Of a stretch of 64,000 nucleotides of DNA, positions 1-12,800 are shown in pieces (the stretch's first letter is position 1; each line of letters starts with the position of its first letter). The stretch spans positions 18,331,488 through 18,395,487 of the forward strand of contig CM074520.1 in NCBI GenBank assembly GCA_037379345.1, read 5' to 3'. Under the pieces are notes generated by a model, which ran no database searches, was not told the origin of the DNA, and was given only the letters and a program-made list of their open reading frames with translations. This DNA is from Perna viridis. Lineage: Eukaryota. The position numbers were made by a program, and so were the translations under genes.

Positions 1-199
1 AAAACTAGCTCTTGTAATTTGTCCACTACGTTCCCGCATCAAAAATTTAAGACGCAACCAAGGCTCTTCATATTGACCAGTGTAGACCGAATGCAACGAA
101 GCGTTTTCTAGTCCTGACAGTCGGACATGAGATGGGGAGATACCACCCTCCCACCCCGACAAGCGAAGAATCACATTTCGTTATTGTACATGTGAATTC

Positions 200-1500
200 G
201 TGGCAAAACCATGATGACTTGCAAACTTGAAGACCAGCTGAGACTCAGCTGATTGTGATGGCATTTATAAATAGTAACAACGAATATGGTAATGTCGTTA
301 GAGTTGTCTACATTCCAGACATAATATTCTCGAAGCTGTCATAACAAGAAATTATCGCAAGTTGTGGGAAATTTTAGGTCTTTTGAATAACTATCGAATT
401 ATAATATGATTATGTACAGTGTATTGAACATTTCTGCATAATTTAATTTTAAAATCACACGGAAATATTTTCGTTTTTACGTAAAACATGTTTTGAATTA
501 AACAAATTCTCCCAACTTTATTTTGGACTGCTGCCAAACAGCTGTTGATTTGTTTCGCGCGTCTTGCCAACCATATAGTAAACAGGCTTGGGAATTTTAA
601 AATAATGCGCGACTAAAAATAGTTCTTCATGTTTCATGTGATTTCTCTTATTTATTACTATTAAACAGTTGGGCATTGTTATTCAATCTTTGATCTTTCT
701 AAAGTGATTAATTAAGAGGTACATTTGAGAATGGTAGCATCAGAAAACAAATATTATGTCTTGTCGACTCGCACCTTGAATCGACCTACAGCTGTTTCCC
801 GCCAATTATTACTCATTCTTCTTCTACAAGGCGACCCGAGCGTGAACTGTCGGTGTACTATCTAATTAATTTGGAATTTTACTTAAAAACAAAATTGGAA
901 TTGTATAGTTTGTGGAATATTATGTCCGTATACTCTAGGAATAGTGAGCGACGAAAAGTAATGCCGAGTTACACTGAATATTGTACGGAAAACAAGGAAT
1001 ATTCCCAATGTTATGGAAGGTGAGTTGTACACACGCTTGCTAAATATAAACATTGGCGTAGACATGAGTAGGTCGAGCTTGTTTCGTGAATTTTGACTTC
1101 ATCACAGCTGTTCAATTATTGAAAACATTAACATATGATGACAATAATATTATATTTTCGAATCGTTATTATTGCTATGAAAAACTTCGTGTTGCTTTTG
1201 TGTTTTAGTTGAAAATGTTCATTGTCTGTGACCGGCAGGTCACATGGCTTGTTTAGACAACAAAGGGCAAATAACTCCTATCGTACCATGCCGCGTGTTC
1301 ATAAATTGATCATTGAACATCTCTAACTTAATTTTACCTTTAAACAAAGTTGAAAATAATTTAGATTAGCAATGTACCATTAGAAGTTTTATTTTACATC
1401 ATCATTTATAGATATAATTTGTTCACCCATATGTCGTCAGACCACTTGATAGTTCGCCCTCGTTCATGTTTGAAGTCAGCTGATCAAAGTTTAAATTTGT
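200..1500 (+). promoter_or_regulatory. TFAP4 promoter / 5' regulatory region with six CAGCTG E-boxes
   Basis: CpG-retaining region around the first coding exon; CAGCTG at 235, 246, 539, 789, 1105 and 1477. TSS not determinable. Confidence 0.65.
961..1019 (+). CDS. TFAP4: Transcription factor AP-4, coding exon 1 (MPSYTEYCTENKEYSQCYG, phase 2)
   Basis: ATG at 961, open frame to a consensus donor AG|GTGAGT at 1019/1020; the phase-2 end (AG) joins T2238 of the next exon to give an in-frame Ser codon. The peptide itself is not recognisably conserved. Confidence 0.75.
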
Positions 1501-2237
1501 TTTAGAAAGTGACAATTAAGATGATTTATTACTAGAAATATTGATTAAGTTTTTTTTTTGAACTGTTGTTCTAATATTCTTCAATGTATTAATGTCGTTT
1601 TAAGGACTATAAGGAAAATTGTTAATGTACTTCCCATATTTGTATTCTGTAAAATTTGGGTATTTAAAGATTTGTCTTAGATAAGATGTTTGCCACAGGA
1701 ATTCTTATTAACATATTGGAAACAATTTAGATTTGAAATCTTTCACTTCTGATAGTCTCTTGGCAATTGCATGTTCAAATCTGACCGAGTTGCAGTTTCA
1801 TAAATTATCAATTATCATTACTATGACATAATAATACAACATGTACTCGAGAGAAGGAAATGGGAAGGGCTAATGTACACATACATACATCTCTACATTT
1901 TGACATGTTTTAGGAAGCTTTACCAGAAATTATATGAAAGGACATGATACGTAGCCTTTTCAATCTCTAAATTTTGAAATAAAATTTAGTCACATTTAGG
2001 TACCATTATTGTATGAAAGACTTGTACGTAGTTGATATGTCAAGTTCCCGGAAAGATTTAAATGTGAATTGACTTATAGATGCTTTTAAGGGTTGTATAA
2101 ACGGCCTGGAAATTCAAACCCTGTCATTAAATATTTGAATTCTCTGTTTCTATTCACAATCAATGTACAGAACATTTTACCTGTAAAAAAACAACTGAAA
2201 GCAGTAATATCAGTTTGATATTGATTTGTCTTTTCAG

Positions 2238-2379
2238 TCCTGATGGTCATCTCGAATCTGAGAAAAAAGTACGAAGAGAGATTGCAAACAGCAATGAAAG
2301 ACGTAGAATGCAGAGTATTAATGCTGGTTTTCAGTCTTTGAAAACCCTGATCCCTCATGATGGAGAGAAACTGAGCAAG
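2238..2379 (+). CDS. TFAP4: AP-4 coding exon 2: basic region, helix 1 and loop (PDGHLESEKKVRREIANSNERRRMQSINAGFQSLKTLIPHDGEKLSK)
   Basis: RREIANSNERRRMQSINAGFQSLKTLIPH is the AP-4/cropped bHLH signature; acceptor ttttcag ends 2237, donor GT at 2380. Confidence 0.97.
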
Positions 2380-5300
2380 GTACATGTATATACATTATAG
2401 TACTACATTGTAGTGTACATTTGTAAATATTGAATCATGGATTCACTGACATTTTTTTGCATGGTACATATGTACATGTTTGTACAGTTGTACAAGATAA
2501 TGTGCACGAACACTTGTATGACCCAAGTTCTTCATTTTCAGTATTTGTACTGAACATCATATTAAATACATAAAAATGTAAATAAACATGTACATGTAAT
2601 CTGATATATATTTTCACAATCAAAAAATAAACAGCAAAGAGTTGGTGTCTTAAAAAATTTTTACCAAGAAATGTATATTTTGTACTTTAAGATTACTATG
2701 CATAGTACAATAAAAATTCTAAAAAGAAATTGGGTCAGTAAAAATTCTGAGCGACTGGTCTAAGTTCCATGGTGCTGGTCGAAAAAATATTATTTGTAGG
2801 GGTAGAAAATGGGAAAAGGAACTAAGAAATAATGCAAATTGCAAAGAAAATTCAAGCAAAGGCAAGTGTTTTGAAGATTTGTTTGTACTTCCATCTCCTT
2901 GTCTTTTTAGTAAGGTCCAGCCCTCTTTCAGGCCTCCCTTTTCCATGGCCATGCTTAAGTGTGACCTTTAATTCAATTTGTTAATGTTGCTGCTATTTCT
3001 CAAATGTTTTTCTATTATCCAAGCAAGAAGGCCATTATACATGTACATATTTGTCCACCCTTTGTCAGACAATGTGGGTCTAATCATATTTTTAGTATAA
3101 CAATGTATATGCATGTTGTGGTCTGTCAAGCTGTGGCATATTAACTATTGTCTAAATTATCAACAAGTGTACATGTATATTGGTCAACAGAAGATGTCGG
3201 AAGTTACAAAAAGCATAAGTAATAAATAAATGAGATGATGTGTATGTTTTTTAGGACATGTGTGGGGTTTCCCAAACATTAGGGGTGAGGGCACCGGAAC
3301 TTCGTGTCTTTTGGCAACTGCTTGTCGCCCTAATACTATACAAAACTGGTTGCATTTGGCAAGCGTGCGACTGGTCAATTCAGGCACTGAATAACTGGCT
3401 TCCAACTAAGTTCTTAAAGGTTTTACATAGAAATTTATGTAGTCAAATTTATCTTTGTTTAAATACTTGTGATGTGCATCTGTTTTAAGTTGGTACATTT
3501 TTAATTTATGAATTCGCAAGTTCATATAGAATACTGTATTCACTATTGTATCATATTGTTGGATTTTATATATATATTTCACAAATTGTATCATATAATT
3601 ATATAATATTAATAAGTTGTCATTTCTGGTTGGTTGTATTAGTCTGACACTGTACTTCATCTTTCATAGTAAAACTTTCTTATGATTTTCATTTGTATTT
3701 TTGTGGGAATATTTTGTAAAAATCAATTTATTGGTTGAAATTTTATACACTGGCATTGTTCTGTCACTTCAGTAGTTTTTGGAGTTTGTTCAATATCAGC
3801 TGATTAGTATTGTTAGCCCTGAATTTTGCTGCTGGCAGTCTGCCAGGAAGTTGCATCTGTTGCCAATGAGCCTTGATCGGTGCATAACAATAACACTGAT
3901 GGTATGATCAAACTTGTCTGCAATAGATTGGCTAGCCTACAGAATAATATCGATCTTGATTCCCTGTATTTATAGGATTTTGCTTGCACTATTTGGTCTG
4001 TTTTGTTAGGCGTCGTTTATTTGACCTCAAATAAAATACCATTGATTAAGTTTATATCAGGTCACATGACTAGACGATTAAGACACTCCCCAAATACCAC
4101 AGGTAAAAGCTTTACTTAGGTAAATTTATCTGTTGTCAGCATTTATATACTACAATATGTTTTGCATTGCAATTTGAACTAAACCAAGTTTGATGTGGAC
4201 AGAATGTTGAGTAAATGGCAGACATTTATTGACTGATTAAAAGATTTAACTGTTGATCATGGTATAAAAAATCAATAAGAAAAAGGCCTTCATGGGTCAA
4301 TAAAAAAAAGGTATTTCAAACATTAATCAGCTGATTCAGTAGGTCAGTTATAAATGTTATTAGGTGTGCTCAGGTAACATAGGAAAAAATACCTGACATT
4401 TTTGTGGCATTCAAATGCTCTATGCTCTGCTAAACCAAGCATGACTGGTGTGGAACATTTCAGCTTTGAAAAACTTGGCAGTGTTTTTTATGAATGAAAA
4501 ATAGTTTTCAGGGTTTGAAATAAACAGATGCTAAAATCTTAATGCACCTTGAAAATTAAGGAGAAGGGCAAAATTCTGCGTCTTGATCTTAAACATTTTG
4601 TACATACAGATCAGTAATGTTTTAGTACACAGTTTAAACTATTTCAATCTGTTTCCTGGTCATTGTGGTAACTAGTTGCGCTTTAATAGAATTTTCTGGA
4701 CTTTTTCTACCGCCAAACAATTCAGTGCTCCAGGACTCATGGATACACATTGTGATAGGGGACATGCCACAGGTTATGCCAGTTTAAGATAGATAATGAT
4801 TTTGAACTATTTTAAGCAAGCTAATACAAATAGAGAGGAGGACATTAAAAGCCACACACTTTGAAAAAAAAATTATTGAATTTTAGTGATATCTTTGGTT
4901 TTGAAAAGTTGAGCTTGCGAAAAAAAATGTCACAACCAAAAAATGCGTGTGAGTAAAAATTTTCATTTCTACACCTGGTTTTTATTTCAACCCTTTCACA
5001 CTTTTTTTTTTTACACATTCAACAATCTAGTGTTTTCAAAATACATGTACATTTGTACATGTATGTTATGGAATAAACATTGCATATTGTACATGTACAT
5101 TTACAAATGTACTTGCAAATCACTAAGTGGTAAGTTACATTGTAGCTTTAAGAGAGTGGCTTCATGAGCATTCACATGTACTGAATTTGTGCATGTTTAA
5201 ACAGAATCATATGCAAATGTAAACAAAATTGACCTAAGGTGACCTTAGTTGAACTTGGAGGTTTCTAGTTTCTGATTCATATCTCCACATGTTTACAAGT

Positions 5301-5825
5301 CAATGAGAAATGTGTCTGACAGATGGTTTACTTTGTTATTCTTGTCAACCTGCTTTTATTAATTGATTTTTACTAGTGAAGATTATATCTAAATTGTTCT
5401 GCATACTTGAGATGCTGAAGAGATTAGGAAAAGTCTTTAGATGTCTAGGTACATGTACAAAAATGTGCACATGTAAGAGAGGATTGTCTGCATCTCAGAA
5501 GTCTTTGTGGCAATTGCCCTATATTCATGGGACTTTTTTTTTTGTTCATAAATTTGGAATGTGATTCATATGTTTTTAAGTCATTTTACTTTGGACTGAA
5601 ACTGTATACATATCTTGTACAGTTGTTTGTATGTACAGAAAGTGAACAATGTAAACACTTTGGTTTGAATATTGGTCAAGTGCTTCAGGAAACCGACATC
5701 ATATCAAATTGATATGCTGTACATTTGTACATTGTATACATATTCATTAGCTGCTTTCCACTTCACATGTACATTTTTGATTTACCTGAGAAATTAACAT
5801 AGCGGAATGATTAATTTTGAGAAGA

Positions 5826-6450
5826 TTTAATACCCCATTCAACAAAATGGGTGTTATATTGGAATCATCTTGTCCCTCTGCCTAATTTTTGGCAATTATC
5901 TTCGCTCCCATTTGATAGATTCGTTTCAAATTTGGTATGTTCATTTATAGAGATTGGAGCATATTGTAAGCAATTCAGGATGCTGTCGGATATCAACTTC
6001 CTGTACGAGTGGGGGTATCCCTAGTAAGGCCTAAAAATGTGTTTCCGGTAACACCCTTTTCAAAATTAGGGTAGGTAGGTAGTTTTTTATGGGGGTGGGT
6101 AGATGTAGATCGTCAATACGGATAAGCCCTAGTGGCCTTAAGTGAATCAAGGTTAATCAAAGAACTATGATCAGTAGGTTTTTAGCCTCCAAGTGCTGAT
6201 ATTTCATGATTTTTATTGCGAATACTGCACTCACACTGGCATTCACCATAGTGTTCTTACTGTGTTAATGGGTCTTCACACCAGAGAGCGATTTAAAAAC
6301 AATAAAATGCTAATCTGTGACAGAAACACCGAAATTCCTTTTTTTTTTTCCTGACACCATAAAAAAGTTGGGGTCAGGTGGGTTACTGGAAACACATTTT
6401 TTTTAGGCCTAAGACAATGCATGCAATTTCATATTTCATTACATGTACGG
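5826..6450 (+). mobile_element. Degenerate Helentron-associated (HINE/DINE-1-like) non-autonomous element, interrupted by a MITE
   Basis: 5' TACCCC...AACAAAATGGGTGTTATATTGGAATCATCTTGTCC and complementary 3' subterminal GGGGGTATCC at about 6011-6020, an architecture typical of bivalve HINEs. Confidence 0.5.
6028..6409. mobile_element. MITE, PIF/Harbinger (Tourist)-like
   Basis: ~25 bp TIRs GGCCTAAAAATGTGTTTCCGGTAAC / GTTACTGGAAACACATTTTTTTTAGGCC flanked by a 3-bp TAA duplication (6025-6027, 6410-6412). Confidence 0.85.
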
Positions 6451-6510
6451 TACATTTTTTTTTTACTTGCATGTAGTTAACTTACATTTCATCTACTCAT
6501 CAATTTTCAG

Positions 6511-6655
6511 GCTGCCATTCTACAGCACACAGCAGATTTTATTCAGAATCTTAAAAGAGAAAAGGATCGACTTGAATCTGAGAACTCTCATCTGCAAAGA
6601 ATGCTAGAGGTCTATAATGATTCTCCACCTCGGAAACGTTGGAAGAGGGATACAG
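6511..6655 (+). CDS. TFAP4: AP-4 coding exon 3: helix 2, first leucine zipper and basic NLS-like patch (AAILQHTADFIQNLKREKDRLESENSHLQRMLEVYNDSPPRKRWKRDT)
   Basis: Acceptor ttttcag ends 6510, phase 0 continues KLSK|AAILQ as in AP-4; donor GT at 6656, phase 1. Too short to appear in the ORF track. Confidence 0.95.
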
Positions 6656-8497
6656 GTATTATGTCAGGTTGGAAACTTTACATGTACTTGTTGCAGTTTT
6701 AAATTGAGGTCTTTCAGTGTACATAAAGTGTTCGTCATATGTTTCATTGAACTTTGAAATATTACAGACTGGTAATAATGAACTGAAAACAAGTGGATGT
6801 ATATACATTAGTATGTAACCTATGACTATAAATGGAAATTTTTACAGGACATTCAGTCCTGTGGACAAGATAAATCCATCTGAACAAAGCAGTTTTCACA
6901 AGACCAAATATTTTCTGAATATTCCATAGCAAGTAAAACTTATTAACAGTTCATAATCAATTATAGTTTGTCTTATGTTATGCCCCGTAACAAACTGAAA
7001 GAGAAAATATCAAAAATACTGAAACTATTTTAATTTAGGCATTTGAAGATGTCTGGGAGAAAAGTGATATGATCTTCCTTTAATTGAGATCTTACAATAC
7101 AAATGTACATTGAAAAAAAAACGTTTATATCAAAGACTGGGACAGTGACTAGACAGAAAACATTTTTACTCAAAACTGGATTACATGTACAAATACTTGC
7201 AAGCTTTACTAAGTGATATAAAATTGTATGTTATACCATGCAATCTGGCAATGAGCATTAATTTCACATTTCCCTGAATGAGATCAATTTAGACTAAAAT
7301 AGGGTTGTAAATGCCAGCCAACACTACCATATAAATGACAACAATTGAATCCTAATAGGCTCATAAGCTTCCCATACTTCATATTAAGTTGTCAATATTG
7401 ATTTCAGTTAATGTAGTTCAAAATGCATTGTGCAAGAGACTGCTAGACTGGATAGAGTTGGCATTTGAATTTGTAGTAACCATTAATGTGATCACTTTAA
7501 TTGATTTCCATCATTTCTTGTCATAGGACTGTTTTTTTTTGGGGGGGGGACCTGAATTGCTGTAACATTGTTATGTACAAAAATTGTTTGAAGCAGAGTG
7601 AAATGTAATGCTATGCATAGTTTCCTAGGAATTTTGAAGATTCTAACTTTCCACAGGAAACATGAAAATTGGCTTTCCATTTACCAAAATCTTCTTTCTA
7701 AGCATAAAATGTCATAAAATTGTTTAACTTCGATTTTCCAAGGGGAAGTAGCATATGAAAAATAAAATTCCTGGACCCAAATTTCACTTGCCTCCGGTGA
7801 TGGGAATCCAAGAACACTGTATGTATCGTCTTGGTTTACATCTCTGCCCACAACCAATTTAAAAAATGTATTCACAGTCTTCATAACTAACTTTCCAGTT
7901 TACAGGCCCAAAATACATGTTACAGAAATTTTGATATAGTGACTGTAATAGTTAATTTTACAGGCCCACCTCCATTTTGACAAGCTGTGGGTCTGGGACC
8001 ACTGCTTAACCATGAAGTCTGTATTCGTAACCCTACTAATAATGTACAGTTATACAATACGTTATTTGGTTAGTTGATTATACCCTAGTCAACCAAGTTT
8101 TGGAGGTTTAGGAATTCCCCGTCTATCCATTCAAATGTTTACATTTATTGTAAGCCCATTGTAAGAATTTTTTACTTAATTTTAAAGGAAGGTTTGGCAT
8201 CAGTTATAGATATGTATGAAGGAGTTTACTTACTGTCAGACTTAGAGGACTCTAAAGGGAGATAACCCAACATAACAATTTTACATGTTAAACTCTCCTT
8301 TAACCACTTTCTGCTTTTATATGAATGGTTTAAATATATGCAATGTAGGTACAGTGTACATGTACAACTATCAGCAAGTGTTAATGTCTGCTGTTTAATC
8401 AGCAAGTGTTAATGTCGGCTGTTGTTCTGTTTAGTCTGATTCAAGGTTCTCATTTTTCTAGATTGCAGGTTTTGAATTTTCCTGTTTTTTTTTCCAG

Positions 8498-8694
8498 AGT
8501 CTTCTGATGAGGGTATAGCTGCTGATTATGATGAACTTGCAATTGGTGATATCAAGAGAGAAATGGTCTCCATGAAATGCCAGCTCGAGAGAGAACGTCA
8601 ACTTCGTATTGAGCTTGAAAGACAAATGTTCCCTAATCACATCAGAGACCTTACTACTCAAGTTCAGATTGTTCAGATGCAAAATGAAAAAATG
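8498..8694 (+). CDS. TFAP4: AP-4 coding exon 4: DEGI motif and second zipper (ESSDEGIAADYDELAIGDIKREMVSMKCQLERERQLRIELERQMFPNHIRDLTTQVQIVQMQNEKM)
   Basis: Polypyrimidine tract plus ccag ending 8497, phase 1 matches exon 3; aligns by eye with the AP-4 DEGI...REM..L..QL..ER..R..LE region; donor GTAGGT at 8695. Confidence 0.93.
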
Positions 8695-9405
8695 GTAGGT
8701 ACTAAAAACATACATTTTATGAAACTTCTGAGGTAAAAAGTAAAACCAATGAAATGTTAACTTATATTTAGTTAAGTCTAACCATTTGCAAGAATAACTG
8801 AACAGCTACTTGTTTATTTATACATATAAATACTAAAAACATTTCAAAAGACCCAAAAACTGAAACTTTGCAGATCAACAGTGTCAAATGCAGTGTTCAC
8901 AATGAACCAGAGGTCAATGGCTGAATGTCCCTGGGCCTGTAAGAGATTTTACATTGTGCATGCATCTGTATTTGAAAGGCTTTAAAAATAAAATTTGGCT
9001 CTGTGGATCAAAAAGTACACTGTCAAGACAGCAACAAAAGGAAATGCAGTACATCTGTATGTAGATTCCATTAAGAAGTTTTGGCTCATACAAATACATA
9101 CTGTAAACATATTAATTTTCACAATTTTGTCTGTTTTCGCGGTGGACTGAAAATTCCAAAAAAATGGTACTTGTTAAGTTATTTTTTAACAGTATGAAAC
9201 ACTTATTTTTAAATTGCAAAAGTTGATACCAACCAATATGTGCATTTGACAGAATCCTGAAAAATTAGTGACTGCAGAAATTAATTTGTCTACAGTAATA
9301 TTTTAAAGTAATCGTTTCTGTATTTATGATGAGAATGATCCAATCTGCAATTTTCTACAAGTGCATGTATAGATATGTTATGATGATGGAAGTTTTTTTA
9401 TGCAG

Positions 9406-9807
9406 GTATACATTGATAGTAGTCCAAGTGTTAAGACTGAACCCATTTGTGTTCCAACCATGGAAACAGTAGTTAAGACAACAGAGGAGAAGCCAATGAT
9501 AATCTCTGATGAACGAGATGAACAGCAGTCTGTGTCTAGTAGAAACATTGCTACCATTCTAGAGGCTATCTCTCATCTAGAGGGAAACAATAACCGTACT
9601 GAACATTCCATTCCTCACAGCGAGGAGAGTGAAAAGGAAAGTAGTGTTACTAGTGACCAAGAAGACATTGTAAACTCAGACAGTGATTCACCATTAATTT
9701 ACCGACCCCAACAGCATATAGACATCAAATACCACACTGAAGTGTTACATTCGCCACATATAGAACATCATATTTATAGACCTGGTGTTATAGTCCAGAA
9801 ATCCTAG
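9406..9807 (+). CDS. TFAP4: AP-4 terminal coding exon 5 (VYIDSSP...RNIATILEAISHLEG...IVQKS*)
   Basis: Acceptor tgcag ends 9405, phase 0; NIATILEAISHLEG matches the conserved C-terminal TIV motif of AP-4 proteins; TAG at 9805-9807. Exons sum to 945 nt = 314 aa plus stop. Confidence 0.92.
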   Translation, partial: VYIDSSPSVKTEPICVPTMETVVKTTEEKPMIISDERDEQQSVSSRNIATILEAISHLEGNNNRTEHSIPHSEESEKESSVTSDQEDIVNSDSDSPLIYRPQQHIDIKYHTEVLHSPHIEHHIYRPGVIVQKS

Positions 9808-12800
9808 AATTCACCCATGTCACCATTGTTTTCATTTGTAAATATAATTTTTTGTTGCTAACTGCCATTTTGTATATTTTGATCATCAAAAGAAGTTTGC
9901 TCAATTTCATTTTCCTTTCTTTCATACTAAGAAGCTTGTGATTTATTATTTATTTCCTTTACAGCTTTAAATCATTGTGATTTTTACTTTCAGTAACAAT
10001 CCTTTTCCTGATTCTATTTGATAAGACCTTTTGAATTAAACACATTGTAGAAAGGCTGCATAATTTGTATTTCATTACCCATTGTTGTCTATACAATTAC
10101 AATTCATTTGAGATTATCTGTTACATTTTAAATGCTGTTGATATAACTTGTCTTCAATTACACATATGATTATCAGTTCCTCTTTGAAATTGTTCTGATT
10201 TTAAAAGGGTTTAAATCAAGTATTATTCTTTTTATAGTCGATACTTTTGGATGCATATGCCCAAACTAACATAAAATTGAAATATAAAAGAAATTCTATA
10301 TCTTCTTGTATTTGTGCTTCAGGTTTCTTGAAGGCATTGAATGCATTTAGTTTTATGGCATAAGACTAAGGGTAACTTGTGTAAAAATTAAGCACAACAT
10401 TATAATTTTGCTTCATTCATTCATTTCATTAAATTTATTGACATTCCAATTCCCTGGTGACTGCAAATATAAAGCATGGTATGCAAGCAGTTCCATGAAT
10501 AAAAAGAAATTATCAAGAAATGTCAAGATCATTGCTTTAGTGTAATTTAGGTCACCAGTTACGATGAGTAAAAGCATGTACTGAAATGAGAGGTGATGTG
10601 AATTTAGACATAAAATATAGGTCATGACTAAAAGAAAGGAAATAGCTTCATTATAATATGAAACTATTCATAACAATGGTTGGCTGGTTTGTTGTGTGTT
10701 TTTCATGCTGTGTGCTATCTAATTGTATGCTTCTTGTTGCAGTAAAGTTTTATATCTGTATAAATCCAATTGACCTTTCCTTGTAATGTATTTAGAGTGC
10801 ATTGATATTTACAATTCCTGTATACACTGTTTTTATGATTTTCACTAGTTTAATGTGGTTCTAAGATCACTGAATGCTTTCTGACATTTGCAACTTTTTT
10901 TTAAATGTTCTAATTTTCAACATGATTACATGGCTGTACACTTGCAATTTACATATTGCATGTAACAACAAATATCTAACTTTTAGACCATGATTAACAT
11001 TCTAACTATATTCGTAACTGGATAGTAATCTAACCTATATTCAAGACTTCCATGAATGTATATCAAGGATACATGTACATGTATAATATGTGTCTTTCTA
11101 CCAACCTAGGCTGTGGGAAAGTGATGTCCTACCATGCTTACATTGATTATAAATTCATGAAAACATTTGACATGTAATTTAATCCATTAAAATTGTAACA
11201 GGTGTTCAGGTTAAACCTTCAAAATCCTAATAAAATAGCACTTCCACAGGTAGTTTATACATTGATGTCTAAGCTACTTAGTTTCTCCCTGATGAAGTAC
11301 ATCAGTCAATTAACTTCACTGTATAATCGTTCATGTCTCGCTTGAGTGGTACTTGGTAGGAATACATGAATGAAAATAATACTCCATTGAGTCTATACTT
11401 GTTAATGAGTCTTTGAAATATGAACTAGATAATTTAATTTAGAAGTACATATGTAATTTGTGAAGCTTATGTTGCATATATATACATGTATGTGGATCTC
11501 CCCAGAGATAAGATTTTAAAGAAAACTATCACTTTCCACACTGACTTCTCTTTCTGGGTATTCAAACTGTTTAAATCCTTAAATTCAATGCATACATAAT
11601 CCAATGGTTTTAAACTATCAAAGTTGAGCAAAGGGTAAAGCTACACTTGTACTTTTTATATGTGTAGTTTTTTTTGTGTAGAAGGTTAGAGAGCAACATT
11701 TTTTTTTAAGTTTGTACATTAATTTGTTAATTATCATATATTTTTCTCATTTTGTAGATATCTGTTTATTTATTATTTTTGATTAATGAATTTGTTTTGT
11801 TGTTATGTTTCAAGAATTCATGTTTACATGTACATGTAAAAACATTTTTTGTATAAAGCAGTTGTAATTACTTGAACAACTTGATAGGAATCTGAATTTA
11901 TCCTCTATTCTTTGCATTTATGTGAGAATTCTAACATCTTCCCTGAATGAAATATCAAAAAATATACAGGTCAACTCACTATAACAGAATTTTTCATGGA
12001 TATTATGTATCAGTCCAACATTAATGTCTCATCTCCCACTTTTATTTTAGTTAGCTATAAGTGTTTTAAACTTTTTTTCTCTCAAGCAATTCCTTGATTT
12101 GTCTTATAACCAAATTCACCTAAAAAGTGCAGGACTTGTAAGATTTCGGTTGATATACAACACAATATAACATACATAGTTTGTCAGATTGAAATAGAAA
12201 ATAAATTCAGATAATACACCAAGTCTGTTAATAATTTGCTATTGGAGGCAGCAAGCAAATACAAGAGTGCTAATATTGTTTATCTTTGTCAGGGGTAAAC
12301 ATTAGGAAATACAAGCTGGTAGCCCAGGCCATATTTTTGTTTAATATTTTCTATATGTTCAGCTAAATTTTACCCAAAAGTTTGGTAGCCTAGCTCAAAA
12401 TGGGCTACTGAGCAACTTCTAATTTTTATCCCTGTTTATGTATATCTAATATGTATTTTTTTTTTTAAACATTTGGTTTCTGTAGGTATGAACATTTTGG
12501 TATGTCAGTTCTTCCAATCACAATGTTTGTTAAGTACTTGTCATAGCTTTCTGTTAGAGTGATAACGTTTTCACCTAATTCCTTTCCTTGGAAAAGACAT
12601 TATATTTTAAAAAATGTTCCATCATAAATTTATAGTGTAAAAAAAAATTGTTATATTTGCACAAGCAATCTTTGAAAACTGGTATTTGACGAAGTAAATT
12701 ATAAATTTTATTGTGCATCAATTTTTATCAAGACACTTAAACCAATAGGAGGAAATTTGTGAAGCTGTACTTCCCATATTGAACAAGCAGATCTTAATAA

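Noticed and set aside
2215-2237. ORF-track starts at 2215 and 9400 as real initiation sites
   Set aside because: They lie in intron acceptor sequence; the spliced model explains both ORFs.
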